Positions 38,001 to 50,452 of a stretch of DNA of 64,000 bases are shown piece after piece; position 1 is the stretch's first letter; each line of letters starts with the position of its first letter. The stretch spans positions 133,300,407 to 133,364,406 of the forward strand of contig NC_052156.1 in the NCBI RefSeq assembly GCF_902713615.1, written 5' to 3'. The position numbers were made by a program, and so were the translations under genes. The notes beneath the pieces were generated by a model. That model was not told the DNA's origin, ran no database searches, and saw only the letters and a program-made list of their open reading frames with translations. This stretch comes from Scyliorhinus canicula (taxonomy: Eukaryota).

Positions 38001-38781
38001 TGATCCAATGTAAAATGACCCAACAAGGTAAATTCTGTAGTCAAAGAAATCAGTTTCCAATATATTTTGCTGATAAATTGTATCAATTTGAAAACCAGTA
38101 TATTCCAGGTATCATCCCTATCTTTATATCTAGTTGATTCCTGAAAATGGAATATCCAAGTCCTAAGAGGAGCTCAGTACTTTGGTCCAAAATGAGTATT
38201 ATCCATTCTGACAGAGCCAGCCACTACAATATACTACTCTGTGTGAGTGTGCCAGTATTAAAAGGTTTTGTTGGGCCACAACCAGAATCAGGCCATGAAA
38301 ACCATACGATGAGTTGAACCAATCATTTCTATTTAGAAATAGCTTAGAAAGATTTACTGACAAGATGTTTGTTTTACTATAATGATTCATACACTTAAAT
38401 AATAAACTGGATCAACTACTGAGAGTATTTTCATTGAGGCAGAATGTGCAGATTGATATAAAAACAGCAGGCTTAACAGAGCATTAGTTATACTGTCAGC
38501 AGTGAGGCTGCCTACTTTAGTATAGGTCTCACATACTGTTCACTACACAATGGAAACATAATTGATTATAGCAGATTATCTAAAAAAAATACACATTCTC
38601 AGTTGTAATAAAAGTAGAGGCTATGTCGTACAACAAATATAAAAAGGGTCTAATTAAACTTTTTTTTGGTAAGCTTCACGCAAAAAATATACTCAATGTA
38701 GCTTTTTAAAAACGTGCCTCGGCATTGCTAAGATTTCTCTCCGTTTCGAAATCAACTGCATCCAAATTTAACCAGACGTAC

Positions 38782-38914
38782 CTAGAAGTTGTGAGTAAAA
38801 CTTGGACACGCCTAGAACTGAGAGGATGGAAGCTGCTGGAGCTGAGAGCAGTGATAGAAAAAGTGGCCCCACGAAGGTCCTTGGAACAACACCGGGAAAC
38901 TCGTGATGATCGTA
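38782..38914 (-). CDS. ALG12: ALG12 coding exon 2 (133 nt): [17 protein letters not shown]
   Basis: [13 protein letters not shown] signature; TCGCAG and GTACGT boundaries. Confidence 0.96.
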
Positions 38915-39010
38915 CTGCGAAAAAGAAGAACCTCAGAAAGTAAAACAGTCAGAAATGGGAAGCGTACAATGAGATGTACAATGCAGCCAGAGGAGCTGGT
39001 GCACACGTAC

Positions 39011-39175
39011 CTTGTCCAGCCGCAGGCGGTGGTACAGCAGGTCGTGCGCCGCTTGCATGTTGAAACTTTCCTCCACTTTAGTGAAAGGACAGATCATCAG
39101 GTGCAGGGAAGCGAGCAGAACCAGAAGTACCAGAAGCAACCTTTCCCTTTGCACATCCCGACTCTTCTCAGCCAT
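39011..39175 (-). CDS. ALG12: ALG12 alpha-1,6-mannosyltransferase, first coding exon: MAEKSR...[21 protein letters not shown]
   Basis: [12 protein letters not shown] signature; ATG at 39175. The nine exons sum to 1488 nt with consistent phases (495 aa). Confidence 0.96.
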
Positions 39176-39699
39176 GTTGGAGTGGAGAGTCAGAAGCGAG
39201 GAAGCGCAGTTACTCGACACGGAAGGCAGTCAAAGTGCTGCAACGTTAGCACCAGCGCTAAGTACACCGGAACACAATTGGAATGGTTGCCTGGAACTTT
39301 CTGCAGTCAGCAAATAATTCAGAAGGAATACTGTTATCGCATTTGGTCCCTATGTGTTTATTACAGAGCCATTTAGTGTCTTGATGTGTCACATTGCACT
39401 CTGAGAAGATGAGAGCCGCGCAGGAAGCTGCATAAAGCAAGAAAGGCAAATAAAGCAAATATCCAGCCGGGGAATCCCCTCCCCCTCTCGATGACTGGTA
39501 ATAACATCCAGTTCAAAGGAGACCTACACAGGATATTACTGCCCACAATATGCAGTCTCGCCGCGATTGAGCCCGGCAGTCAGTTGGTTATTGAGAATAA
39601 GTTCGGGCTCTTTTTACGTATCTGTTGTAATTTTTATCCATTATCAGTAATACGACAATCGGCTTGTTAGTATATGGATGGTGTTTGTCTGTTTATTTC

Positions 39700-40090
39700 A
39701 TAGATGTGCATTTCTGCATACGTTTACTGCCTTATGCAGAGATCTGTATACATAAGTCAGTTCACTCTAGAATTTCAGATCTGTATGCATAAATTTCCGT
39801 TTTGTATATTATAAATCTGTATAAATGTCTGATTGCCTGTATATTTTGCAGAGATCTGTATTTATACATAAATGTCAATTGTATCTAATTGTAGATCTGT
39901 ATGCATAATTTGCATTTTGTATATAATTATAGATCTACTTATTGTATAAATTTCCGATTGCCTGTATACTTTGTAGAGATCTGTATTTATGCATAAATGT
40001 CAGTTTTGTCTGTAATTACAGATTTGTATTTATGCATACATTTACTTTTTGTATATAATTATGTATATCTACATGTATACATTTCTGTTC
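39700..40090. repeat. Degenerate AT-rich minisatellite, unit about 36-46 bp, core AGATCTGTAT
   Basis: Core or variants at 39740, 39777, 39813, 39852, 39893, 39931, 39977 and 40020; higher-order period about 125 bp. Confidence 0.8.
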
Positions 40091-40189
40091 ATCCGTATTT
40101 ATGCAAGAATCTGTGTTTGCTTGCAGTTTATGTATCGACTCCGATCTGCATTGACTCCTCTATTGATTCATCATCTCACTTGCCAAAGG

Positions 40190-40340
40190 AACTCTACGTG
40201 GGTTGCGCCACCGCTCTCAGCGTGTCGACAGCTGATTGGCGTACCGGGTGATGGACGGCAGCGTGGGCCAATCGAGGTGCAGAGGGGAGGCGGGATGTGT
40301 GATTTGGAACGTCCGGATGGAACGCCGGTACCTGCGGATG
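40190..40340. promoter_or_regulatory. ALG12/CRELD2 bidirectional promoter with ER-stress elements
   Basis: CpG-rich patch. CGTGT-N9-ATTGG at 40221-40239 (ERSE with one mismatch), CGTGG-G-CCAAT at 40262-40272 (perfect ERSE-II), GC box at about 40284-40294. Confidence 0.8.
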
Positions 40341-40756
40341 GGAATGTAGCAAATTCAAGAGAAGCCCAAGGGAAAGGGAGCCCAGTCATTGCGAGGAGGG
40401 TCACGACCTGTGATCATTGGTCTGCAGCAGGTCACAGACACTTCTCAGGAGATTACTTCGAGTCACAGTGAAAAGGCACCGTGAGCTTTATCCTGCTGAG
40501 CAAACCGCAGTCGTTGCTTGCTAGTACTTGGGGACTATTGTAAGGAAAAGGCACTGACTGCAACCTACTTAACTTTCTGACGCCTCCCAGCCAGCACTCC
40601 AGCAGAAGAGAACCCGGGCAAACAACCCTGAATTAGTGTTCTACAATTTGAGTTTGTATTTCAGAGTTCAATAGCTGCAATTAACCACTACTATTGGCAT
40701 TTGATGCCTTCATTTTTTTCAGCCTAATCTTTTTGTATTATATACAAAATAAGAAA

Positions 40757-40885
40757 ATGGGTTGCTCCAGCAAAAGCTTTCACTGTTTTCTGTTACTTGT
40801 GTTGCTGCTTTTGTGTCGTCTGTCATCGGGATATGACAAACTATCGTGCCCCACGTGCAAAAAAATAACCCGCAATTTCTTAAAG
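40757..40885 (+). CDS. CRELD2: CRELD2 coding exon 1: signal peptide and CXXC (CPTC)
   Basis: MGCSSKSFHCFLLLVLLLLCRLSSG...CPTCKKITRNFLK followed by GTGAGT; 129 nt as in human; head-to-head with ALG12. Confidence 0.9.
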
Positions 40886-41616
40886 GTGAGTGCATATCCT
40901 GTTGCTTGTTCTTTATATCCTATTTTAATTCCAATGGGAATTTGGGCCAGTGGCCTTTGTTTACTCTTAGAAACTAACTGAAAGGACATTAGGGTTGGTA
41001 GATCTGGATGCGTCCCATTATCTAGTGCATTGTCTTGGTCACTACAAAATATTTAAATTGCAAAGAAGTAAGCTTAAGTAGCTGGAAGTGCAGAAGTGAA
41101 AATGTTCTGGTGTCAGAAGTTATTGTACTTAAGAAATTCATAGATGATGCAAGAATGATGCAATGTAAGTGCTTGGTGGGAGAATGGCAGGGGGGCTATA
41201 CTTTGGAGGGGCATAATCTGAAAATTAGAACTTAACTATTCAAGGGTGATGTCATAGAATTTACAGTGCAGAACGAGGCCATTCGGCCCACCGAGCCTGC
41301 ACCGGCCCTTCGAAAGACAACCCTACTCAAGCCCACGTCTCCACGCTATTCCCGTAACCCCACTTAACCTTTTTTGGATACTAAGGGCAATTTAGAATGG
41401 CCAATCCATCTAACCCACACAACTTTGGATTGTGGGAGGAAACCTGAGCACCCAGAGGAAACCCACGCAGACACGGGCAGAACCCCGCACACACAGTGAC
41501 CCATGCGGGGAATCTAACCTGGGACTCTGGAGATGTGAAGCAACTGTGCTAATCACTGTGCTATCCCGTGTCTTCAAACAAGAAGTAGTTTAAATCTGAA
41601 ACTCTTTTCAAAAAAT

Positions 41617-41860
41617 GCTAGCTGTGGCTTAGTTGGTAGCACTCTTGTCTCTAAATCACAAGGTTCAGGGTTCAAGTCCAACTCCAGGACTTGAGCACAT
41701 GAGATAAGGCTGACCGTTCAGTGCAGTGCTGTCTTTCAGATGTGATGTTAAGCTGAGGTCCCAACTGCCAGCTCGGGTAGTTGTGAAAGATGCCATGGTG
41801 TCCTGGATAATACCCCTTGACCAAAAACAAATCACCTGATCGTTATTACACTGTTAACCA
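41617..41860 (+). mobile_element. Deu-domain (SacSINE-like) SINE
   Basis: tRNA head gctgtggcttagttggtagcactc...ggttcaagtcc followed by a Deu-like core. Confidence 0.6.
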
Positions 41861-43546
41861 CATTAATAAAACATTTAGAGTCCGATGCTGACAGCCAAAG
41901 CTGGAAAAAAGGTTTTGAGACTTGATTAATGCAACAATGTAATTGATAGTATTTTGTTCAGGTAATTTAAGTGATATATATATAATTGAGGTGAGTAAAT
42001 TGGGTTAGAATACAGAATAACTGCAATCTGATTAGATTAGATTGGATTTAGATTCATTGTCATGTGTACGAGGTGCGTACAGTCCAGGCAGATCACCCCA
42101 TACATGAAAACATAGAACAAAAGAAATATATATGAGGATACATAATGAAAATACATAGACAGCGGGTGAAGTATACCATATATAGTGCTCCAACTGTAGA
42201 ACAGACGCATAGAAAAATCAGTTCAGTCAGATTGAATGGCCTGTTGTTTTATTCTATGTTCCGAACTCGCTGACATGAGAAGTTTCACAAATGTTGAAGA
42301 CTAATTATTAACACCAAAATGACTCTTTCAGAAGATTCATCAATATCACATTGACAGTTTCCTTTGCAAATGCAGTCATGTGCAAATTTACCTCGCTATA
42401 CATCAAAACTCCACCAATTTTTTTGTTTTGGTTTGGAGTTTTTGAGTGGTTTAAGGATCGGTAATAATGAGTGGCTACAAGTCCTGCATGTTCGGATAGT
42501 GTTTCTTGGAAGTCAGATTAACCTGCTTGACATTGCTTGAGCCATACCAGTAGAATCCAGTTTAAACAATTGCTGGAACTGGTGAAATACCAAGGAAACA
42601 ATAGCACTTTAACTTGTTTCCAAACATTTGGCTATTTATATTTTAAACTGTTTTCTTCAGTTAGTTGTTTGTGTTTATGCAAGATTTGAATTTAACAAAT
42701 GGTGCTTATGGTCTTTAGGGCCAATGGTTTGGTGTTCCATGGTATAGTTAACTAGTTACCTGTGGGATCTAAACTGTTTGCAAGATATGGGATCCATTCA
42801 TTTTCTAGATACTTTAAACTTGTATCTAAAGTAGGAACATTGAATAGTTTGGAGAGGAAACATGTAAATGTGCCAAATTCATTGATACACCTAATGGGCA
42901 ATTACTTGTTTTTATTTGAGTTATGATGGTGCAGTCTCTAAAATGCATTCAGTTTCTGTTAACCAAATAGCCAGATTTGTCATAATGATGAATGGATATG
43001 AAAGGAAAGGAGGCATTTTTGGTGAATATATCCTTCTGCATCTTTGCACTATATCTAGCAGCAGATGGTTCATTAGAGCATCATTTAAGAATTAGTTCCT
43101 CAGTGTTTTTAAAAATACTTCACTCTGAAAAACAAATCCCTTTCAAGTAAAAGAATAGATTCCAGCAAACTATTGGATAAAACCTACTAAAACGTGGAAT
43201 TGAAAAAATGTGAGGTTATAATTCTTTCGGAACACAAACTCAGGAATATCTCTCTCCCTCCCCAGTGACATGCATTGCAAATAAAAACAAAAGCTAGATA
43301 TGGGTTTCAATAAGGGCAATTGATTGTATGCTTAATTTTCAGAATTTGTCTGCGAGATTTGTTTTTGGGGTGGGAACACGGTGTGTAATCTGCCCATTCA
43401 GAGGGTGATTAGAGATGTGTATCGATAAACTAAAATGCAGCATTAATTCTTGTCAACTTCTTGTCAACAGCTAAATGCATGTGTCTTGCAACTGGATTAT
43501 GTACAAAAAATCTTTTGCAAATAATCAAATCATTTTTAAAAATTAG

Positions 43547-43629
43547 GGCGTAGAAGGTACTTCCAGAAAGAACTTTGGTGGCGGAAATACAGACTGGGAA
43601 GAAAGATATTTGTCAAAATATGAATTCAG
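43547..43629 (+). CDS. CRELD2: CRELD2 exon 2 (83 nt): GVEGTSRKNFGGGNTDWEERYLSKYEF
   Basis: NFGGGNT.WEE motif. Confidence 0.96.
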
Positions 43630-44289
43630 GTTTGTGTGCAGATATTTATGAATCGTGCTTTGGCATTTTAAACACCTTGCATTTTAAACACGAACAGGTG
43701 AAATTAAAGGGTGGGAAGAGATCATGTGGTCCATCAAGGATCAATGGATGCCAAGCTAATAGACTGGAAGTTCCCTAATTCATTTTTTCCTGTTGAAAAT
43801 TCGAAGTACAGGAGCTGGCTTCCTATTTAAGCAAAACTATTCCTCGCTTTCCTGTGTTAAGATTTGGGCAAGGAGCTCAAAGAGCACCTGTCCCATTTCT
43901 GTAAAAGCCTTTGGGTGTGTTTTAGCCAGATCTGGAAACCAAAAAATCTTGAGCTTTCCTAATCTGTCCAGATGATTTTGCAATCTATTCTAACATTAAT
44001 TATATTTGATACAAAGAGTTGTGTTCCGTGTTCTTGGCTCGCAATGAATCTACAGAACTGCTGGTGACTTAGCCAGAACTAGGATTTATTAATGAACACG
44101 TGCTAAGATAACGATCAGATACAGACCAAGTTATCATAGCTAGACACTCCTGGAACAATCTTTTATGCTCGACTGTCCTCATGTACACCTTTATAACCTT
44201 CTGCCGGTAGCCGGATGCCACCTGATGTATGTCTGACGCCACCTGTTGTTGGGAGGTCACACTGCTGAATACATGTAATATTATCTACA

Positions 44290-44476
44290 AATGAAAATTG
44301 AAATGAAAATCGCTTATTGTCACGAGTAGGCTTCAACGGAGATACTGTGAAAAGCCCCTAGTCGCCACATTCCGGCGCCTGTCCGGGGAGGCTGGTACGG
44401 GAATCGAACCGTGCTGCTGGCCTGCTTGGTCTGCTTTAAAAGCCAGCGATTTAGCCAAGTGAGCTAAACCAGCCCC
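44290..44476 (-). mobile_element. tRNA-Ile-like SINE with an inverted duplication of its 5' end
   Basis: Near-identical to 37712-37900; related copies at 46367 and 56235. Confidence 0.85.
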
Positions 44477-47470
44477 ATTTAGCTCACTTGGCTAAATCGC
44501 TGGCTTTTAAAGCATATCACCACACAAAGCAACTCCCATCTGAAACATAAGGATCATCTACAAGAGTATGAACAGATGCAAATTAGTTATTGCCATTGTT
44601 TATGTTCAATAATTGAGGTACACAGCCGCAGATGAAGCAATTTCTTTTTCTCTTTATTCTTTGATGGAAAGCTGGCAAGGCCAGCATTAGGTGCCCATCC
44701 CTAAATACCCTTGAATTGAGTAACTTGCTAGGCCATTTCATAAGACATAAGAGTCGCCCACATTGCTATGGGTATAGAGTCAAATGTAGGTCAGACATGA
44801 TAAGGATGAGCGATTTATTTCCGAAAGAGCATTGGTGAACTAGAAGGAATTTTATGACTATCAATGATAGCTTCATGATCACCATTATTATTAATTGCAT
44901 TTAAATTCCAACAGCTGCCTTAGGTGGTGGAATTCGAACCAGCATCTAGGCCTCTGGATTACTTGTTCAATGACATTACTATTATGTCACTGTCCCTCCT
45001 ATAAAATAGATTAAGCAAGATCAAAAAGTGTATGAGATTGGTGTTATGTTGTGCAATTGCTTTGATTTAATATGCCTCTGTGATCAAGGTTTGCAGTATG
45101 ATTGGAATGGAGATTGCATTTACTTAATGGCGTTAGTCTGTGCTGTATGAATGGCTCAGAGAACCCCTCTTCTATGTCTGTCCATTCCTGTAAAATGTGA
45201 ACATCTGGGTTTTGACTGTTGCCGGAAAGGCCAGTGAATTGAATTCAAAAAATAAATACATTGAAATGTTCAAGCAACTTAACCACTTATTTTAAATTTC
45301 ACCCTCAATATTTCCAAAATAAGTGCAGTCTATTCACTATTTGCTGTCAATCTAATGATTCACATACACTGAAATCAATAGAAACGGTAATTTTGATAAC
45401 AACTTACATTCATATGATACTTCTCACATGCAGGAAGATGTGAGAGCTTTGCAATAAGGGATGTATGTAAATATCAAAGAAAATAAATTAACAGCACAGG
45501 AAGAGGCCCTCCCAGCCTGCGCCAATCCAGGTCCTTTATCTAAACCTGTCGCCTAAAAGAACAAAGAAAATTACAGCACAGGAACAATATCAAGCATGCG
45601 GAAAGGGGAGAAATCAAATTAATAGGAAACTGAATGCAGGGTCATACATTTTTGACAGCAAGAGAGGTGCAAGAAGCTGGGAGAAAATGCCAGAAGGCTG
45701 GAGTGTAGTCGTTGAAAGACCTGCTGATATTGGCGGAACATAGGGAACAAGACATATGAAAAGTCAGTTGTTGGAGGAGCCAAGAGAGTCTGCAAACGTT
45801 AAGACAAGTTAGAAAGGTGGTATGGCTATTACGAGATTGGGGAAAAATAAGAATGTGCGTTTATCGGGTTGATAAGCTGGGGCATGGAGCCAATGGAGTT
45901 TAGAGAAGGTGGGGTTGCAGGACTTGTTATGCATGAAGGAGGTTGCTGGAACCAGCAATCTTGCAAAACAGGTTATTGGAGCTTTTGAGCCTGGAGTTGA
46001 AAGCATGGACTAGGGTTTTAGCAGAGAAGATAGGAGAAAGCTATCTTGGTAATATAGTACATGTGTGGGCAAAACGCTGAGCTTGGGGTTGAGCAAGATA
46101 CCGAGGTTTCACATCATTTTTGTTGAATTTGAGATCGGAGTCAGGGAGGTTGGTGAAATCGGGCCTGAGTTACTGAGATGTTGACTGGAGCTGAAAGGGC
46201 TTGTTCTCAGGGAAGAATTGCTGGCTCACCCTGGTCCCTAACATTGATCGATTAGTTTGAGACTGTGGTAGCAACCATTGGGTTAGTGGAGAGGTCGTTG
46301 AGTCAGTACTTCACGTCATCACTAACTTCCAGATAATTTACTATGGAAAGCAGGTAAATGGGAAAGAGGGCTGGTTTAGCACAGGGCTAAAGAGCAGGCT
46401 TTTAAAGCAGACCAAGGCAAGCCAGCCGCACGGTTCAATCCCCGTACCAGCCTCCCCGAACAGGCGCCGGAATGTGGCGACTAGGAGCTTTTCACAATAA
46501 CTTCATTTGAAGCCTACTTGTGACAATAAGCAATTTTCATTTTCAGGAGTATGTGTTTTCTAGTTACAGTGCTTTGCACAGCATATCACAATGGTTCTTG
46601 GATTGGTTTGGTCTCTTGGGTGCGATAAGTAGCCAATTGTTTGTTACAGATTACAATGATAGATGAAGCATGTAAGCCCAAACTATCTGGCCTATGATGT
46701 TTGGTGAGTTGTCCTTCTAAATCATCTTGGAAATATCTGAAACCACTTCAACTTTAATTTCCTTTGATTTTTAGATTTGGAAAGACTGATGCCATTGTTT
46801 TTGGTCCTCCGCAACCCACTGGCATTTGACCCATAGGTGGGGTTTCACCCACAAATACAGCACACATCACGTTCTTGGCTAGCTTCCCATATTTAACCTT
46901 CTGCAAACTTGAGGTCATCCAGAGCTCTGCTGCCCTTGTCCTTGCTTGTACCCAATCATATTCGCTCGCCACCCTTGTTACTGTAGTGTGCGACTAGGGG
47001 ATTTCACAGTAACTTTGTTGCAGTGTTAATGTAAGCCTACTTGTGACACTTATAAAGATTATTATTATTATTGTGCTCGCTGACCTTCATGTTTTGCCTT
47101 AGAATGGCTCTGCGAAGTGTCTTGTGACATTTTATTATATTAAAGTAAATGCAACTTGTTGAAGTGACTTATGTAGCACAGTGGTTTGAACTAAATAAAT
47201 ACCATTGTTGTCAATGAATTGATTAATTTTGCTTATTAGCAACTGGTCAATGGGAAATTGATGAGAGGGCACATAAGGGGGAAAAAAAGGATTAATTCCA
47301 TACAGTTGTGCGAATGGGTGATTCATAATGTAATCTGCTTATATGTAGCTATTTTCTCTGTTTACGTGAAAAATAGCAGATGCTTTATAAATGTTGCCCG
47401 TGAAAATCAGAGACAAGAAGATTTTAAAATAGGTATTGTAGAATTATTTTTGCTCTTAATTGTTTTTTAG

Positions 47471-47581
47471 TGAGACTCGTCTTGTGGAAATTGTTGAGTC
47501 CCTGTGTGAAAATTCTGAGTTTGAATGTAATCTTATGGTGGAAACTCATGAAGATTATATTGAGCGCTGGTGGTTCAAAAC
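47471..47581 (+). CDS. CRELD2: CRELD2 exon 3 (111 nt): SETRLVEIVESLCENSEFECN...IERWWFK
   Basis: WE-domain motif; AG and GTAAGT boundaries. Confidence 0.96.
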
Positions 47582-48293
47582 GTAAGTGTCTTTTGAAACA
47601 AAATTGTTTGCTCTTTATTGCCAAATCTACAATATAACAATAAATCCAATGGTTCTTTTATTTTATGAGTCTGTAACATTGGGTGTGGAAATTTACAGTA
47701 CCCTCCTGCTGGTGGGATTTTTAGGTCCCGCCAAAGTTAACAGACTTTTGAAGGGCTCGCTGCATTTTCCGGCTCCACTGCGACGGGGCTGTAAAGCTCC
47801 GCCCATCCTCATGTGTTTCTGCATACTTTGCTCCTCCGTTATAAAACCTGCCCCAACGCATGAACATTATGGAACTGTATTTTGCTGTGAGCCGACACTG
47901 CCCAGCAAGCTATTTCTAAGGTATTGCTGATAACCTAACCCTGTCTCTGCCTGAAATCTACACGTGCTTACTTTTACATGAGCTCACTTTCCAATAGGAG
48001 CTGCTGAGTAGTGTTCAGGAGCAGGGATTCTGGCTGGCGTTTTTCTTTTCATTCTTTACCCTCCATCCCAGGAACGATGAGGTTAATTCAAATGATAATT
48101 GGAATACGGTAATTTTTTAAAAATTGGGAATATAATTCAAGATCTCCAGGTTCCGGTATTCTTTTTCACAGTGCTGGAAAATATGGCTCTTTTGCAATTG
48201 GTATGGACTCAATGAGCTGAAAGGCTCCCATTTGTGCTGTAACATTCTATGTAAATTTGGGTACATTTTAATATAATTTCTTTTTAATTGCAG

Positions 48294-48385
48294 GCAGAAA
48301 GATCATCCTAATTTCTTCCTCTGGTTCTGTGTGGATACAATTAAAGTTTGCTGTCCTGCTGGGACCTTTGGTGCAGACTGTATTG
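48294..48385 (+). CDS. CRELD2: CRELD2 exon 4 (92 nt): QKDHPNFFLWFCVDTIKVCCPAGTFGADC
   Basis: WFCV.T.KVCC..GT.G.DC motif; phases consistent. Confidence 0.95.
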
Positions 48386-50275
48386 GTACAGTAATTCTTT
48401 TTGTGAACATTTATGAATGTCATTGCATGTAACATGATGTATGGCAGTGTATAGAAAGCAGTACGACAATGTCTGGTGGCAGAATTTTGGTGGATGGCTG
48501 TGTTAAGCAATGTCTTAATTTGGTAGATTTGCTTTCTTCCAAAAGTGAAAGCCCTGCGAGCTTCTTTTACACTGTTAATATATGAACTAAACTTTCTTTA
48601 ATAGTTCAGTGGATTCTTTTGTGTAATAATGTTATCAAGATCCCTTTGATTATCTTGAGTTGTGTGCAAAGCACGATGCCGACTGGCAAACGCTGCATTT
48701 GAACAGGGTAAAGATAACGTTATTTAATGGAACAATGGAGCAGTCACATTCAGCCAGTAGCAATTTCATGCTTTAGGCAGCCAAATGAGATTTTTGTAAA
48801 AACTTAAGTAGAATTCCTCTCGACAGATGAATGTTATTCCCCCCCCACCCCCAAATTAATGGACACTTTTCAGCCTTTTTTTTTCTAATTTTGCCTAATT
48901 TCATCCTCAAATCATATTCTAATATAACGCTCTGGTAAGCAGTGATGGAATGGCCAGCTGGCATGACATCGTGACCTAAAACATGCGTTTGATGTATCAC
49001 AGCAAAATCACTTCCAGCATCATTGAAAGCGAGCAGATTTTAAAATGGGGTTATGAGTCAATGCTAACACCCTGAATAAATAAAAGCTGACCACAGTTCT
49101 CACTGTTAACCTAATTGGAGCAACCAGCTGACATGACTGGGGTGGGAGATTCCTTTTGCTGGATTGTCTTTTTCCACAGCATGTGACCAGCCTCCATAGT
49201 TATTACAAATTTACTTTTTTTCTCTCTTGCTTCAATTTTATTGCATCCTCTCCAGGGGGCAGTGATTCACGCTGGGGTATGGTTTCACTGAGGCTTGCCG
49301 CTCTCAGTAGCTCATCCAACTGGCCATGTTTTCAGGTATGAGACCCAAAACGAGTGTCAGCTTGGCTGTTTTCAGGTATGAGTCCCAAAGCGAGTATCAG
49401 CATGGCTGTTTGACCATCTTAACATGTACCTTCCAACAGAAGCCACCAGATAGCAGTTAGCATCAGGGCCTTCCAATCTAAGAGGCACTGATGCCAAATG
49501 AAGCGGACTCTATTGCACTCAGAATGGCTACCTCAGCAGACTGGGAATTGGCCCCCGACACATTCTAACCTGTATGCCCAAATACCACACTTTGCCCAAT
49601 AAGCCATCAATGGAACTGCTGCTTCATTCTTTTTTAATGCATTTATAATCATTAATAGTACACTTCCAACCGCCTACACAAATAAGAAAAAACTGAAGTA
49701 TCTAAATATTGACTTGGAAAATATAAGCTTTTGGCCTAATTATCCTGTAAAATTTCATATTTGCTGCAACGTCAGAAATGTCAGTAAAATCTGACCAGAA
49801 ATGTTTTTGTTTTTCCTGTCAATGCATATGTGCAGTGGATATTTGAGTTTTACTGTGAAGCGGTTCTTGTGTTCTTTTAGATAGAACTGGAAAGAGACTT
49901 CCTAGTACCTCCATGGATAAATGCAGTGTTGTAGATTTTGGGTGGTATGGCTAAATTGACTTCAGCTGGGCTAGCAATGGGAGTCAAGTATTGTTGACTC
50001 ATGTGTGCATGGTCAATAATCAATGTTTCTGCTTTGATCACTATCTAGTGGACATTGTTGGAAACTACATCTGATGTGAGGATTAGGTTACAAAGCTTAG
50101 TCATTCGGATGAAGAACTAGAGGTCTGTCACTAGCTGTGGAACATTATTCCATTCTGCATCACTTCCTGTTGAGAGATTAAAATTGTGGCAAATAATACT
50201 TTTGAAGTCCTGGGATTACATTATCAAACCTGTATTCCTAAAATGGTTAGTTATGTTGAATAAACTGTGTTGCAG

Positions 50276-50452
50276 GATGTATTGGTGGCGCTGATAGACC
50301 TTGCAATGGCCATGGGTCATGTGATGGTGATGGTACACGGACTGGCGATGGCTCTTGCAGCTGTACCAAGGAATACAAAGGAGAAGAATGTCTAGACTGT
50401 GCAGACGGCTACTACAGCGAATTCCAGAATGAAACCGATTCACTCTGTGCAG
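50276..50452 (+). CDS. CRELD2: CRELD2 exon 5 (177 nt): EGF-like CIGGADRPCNGHGSCDGDGTRTGDGSCSC
   Basis: EGF cysteine pattern; TGCAG and GTAGGT boundaries. Confidence 0.96.

Noticed and set aside
38903-39376. 157-aa ORF antisense to ALG12 exons 1-2
   Set aside because: Shadow ORF of GC-rich coding exons with no domain or independent splice support.
39700-40090. Regularly spaced repeats superficially like a CRISPR array
   Set aside because: Eukaryotic context; units are degenerate and the intervening sequences resemble each other, so it is a minisatellite.
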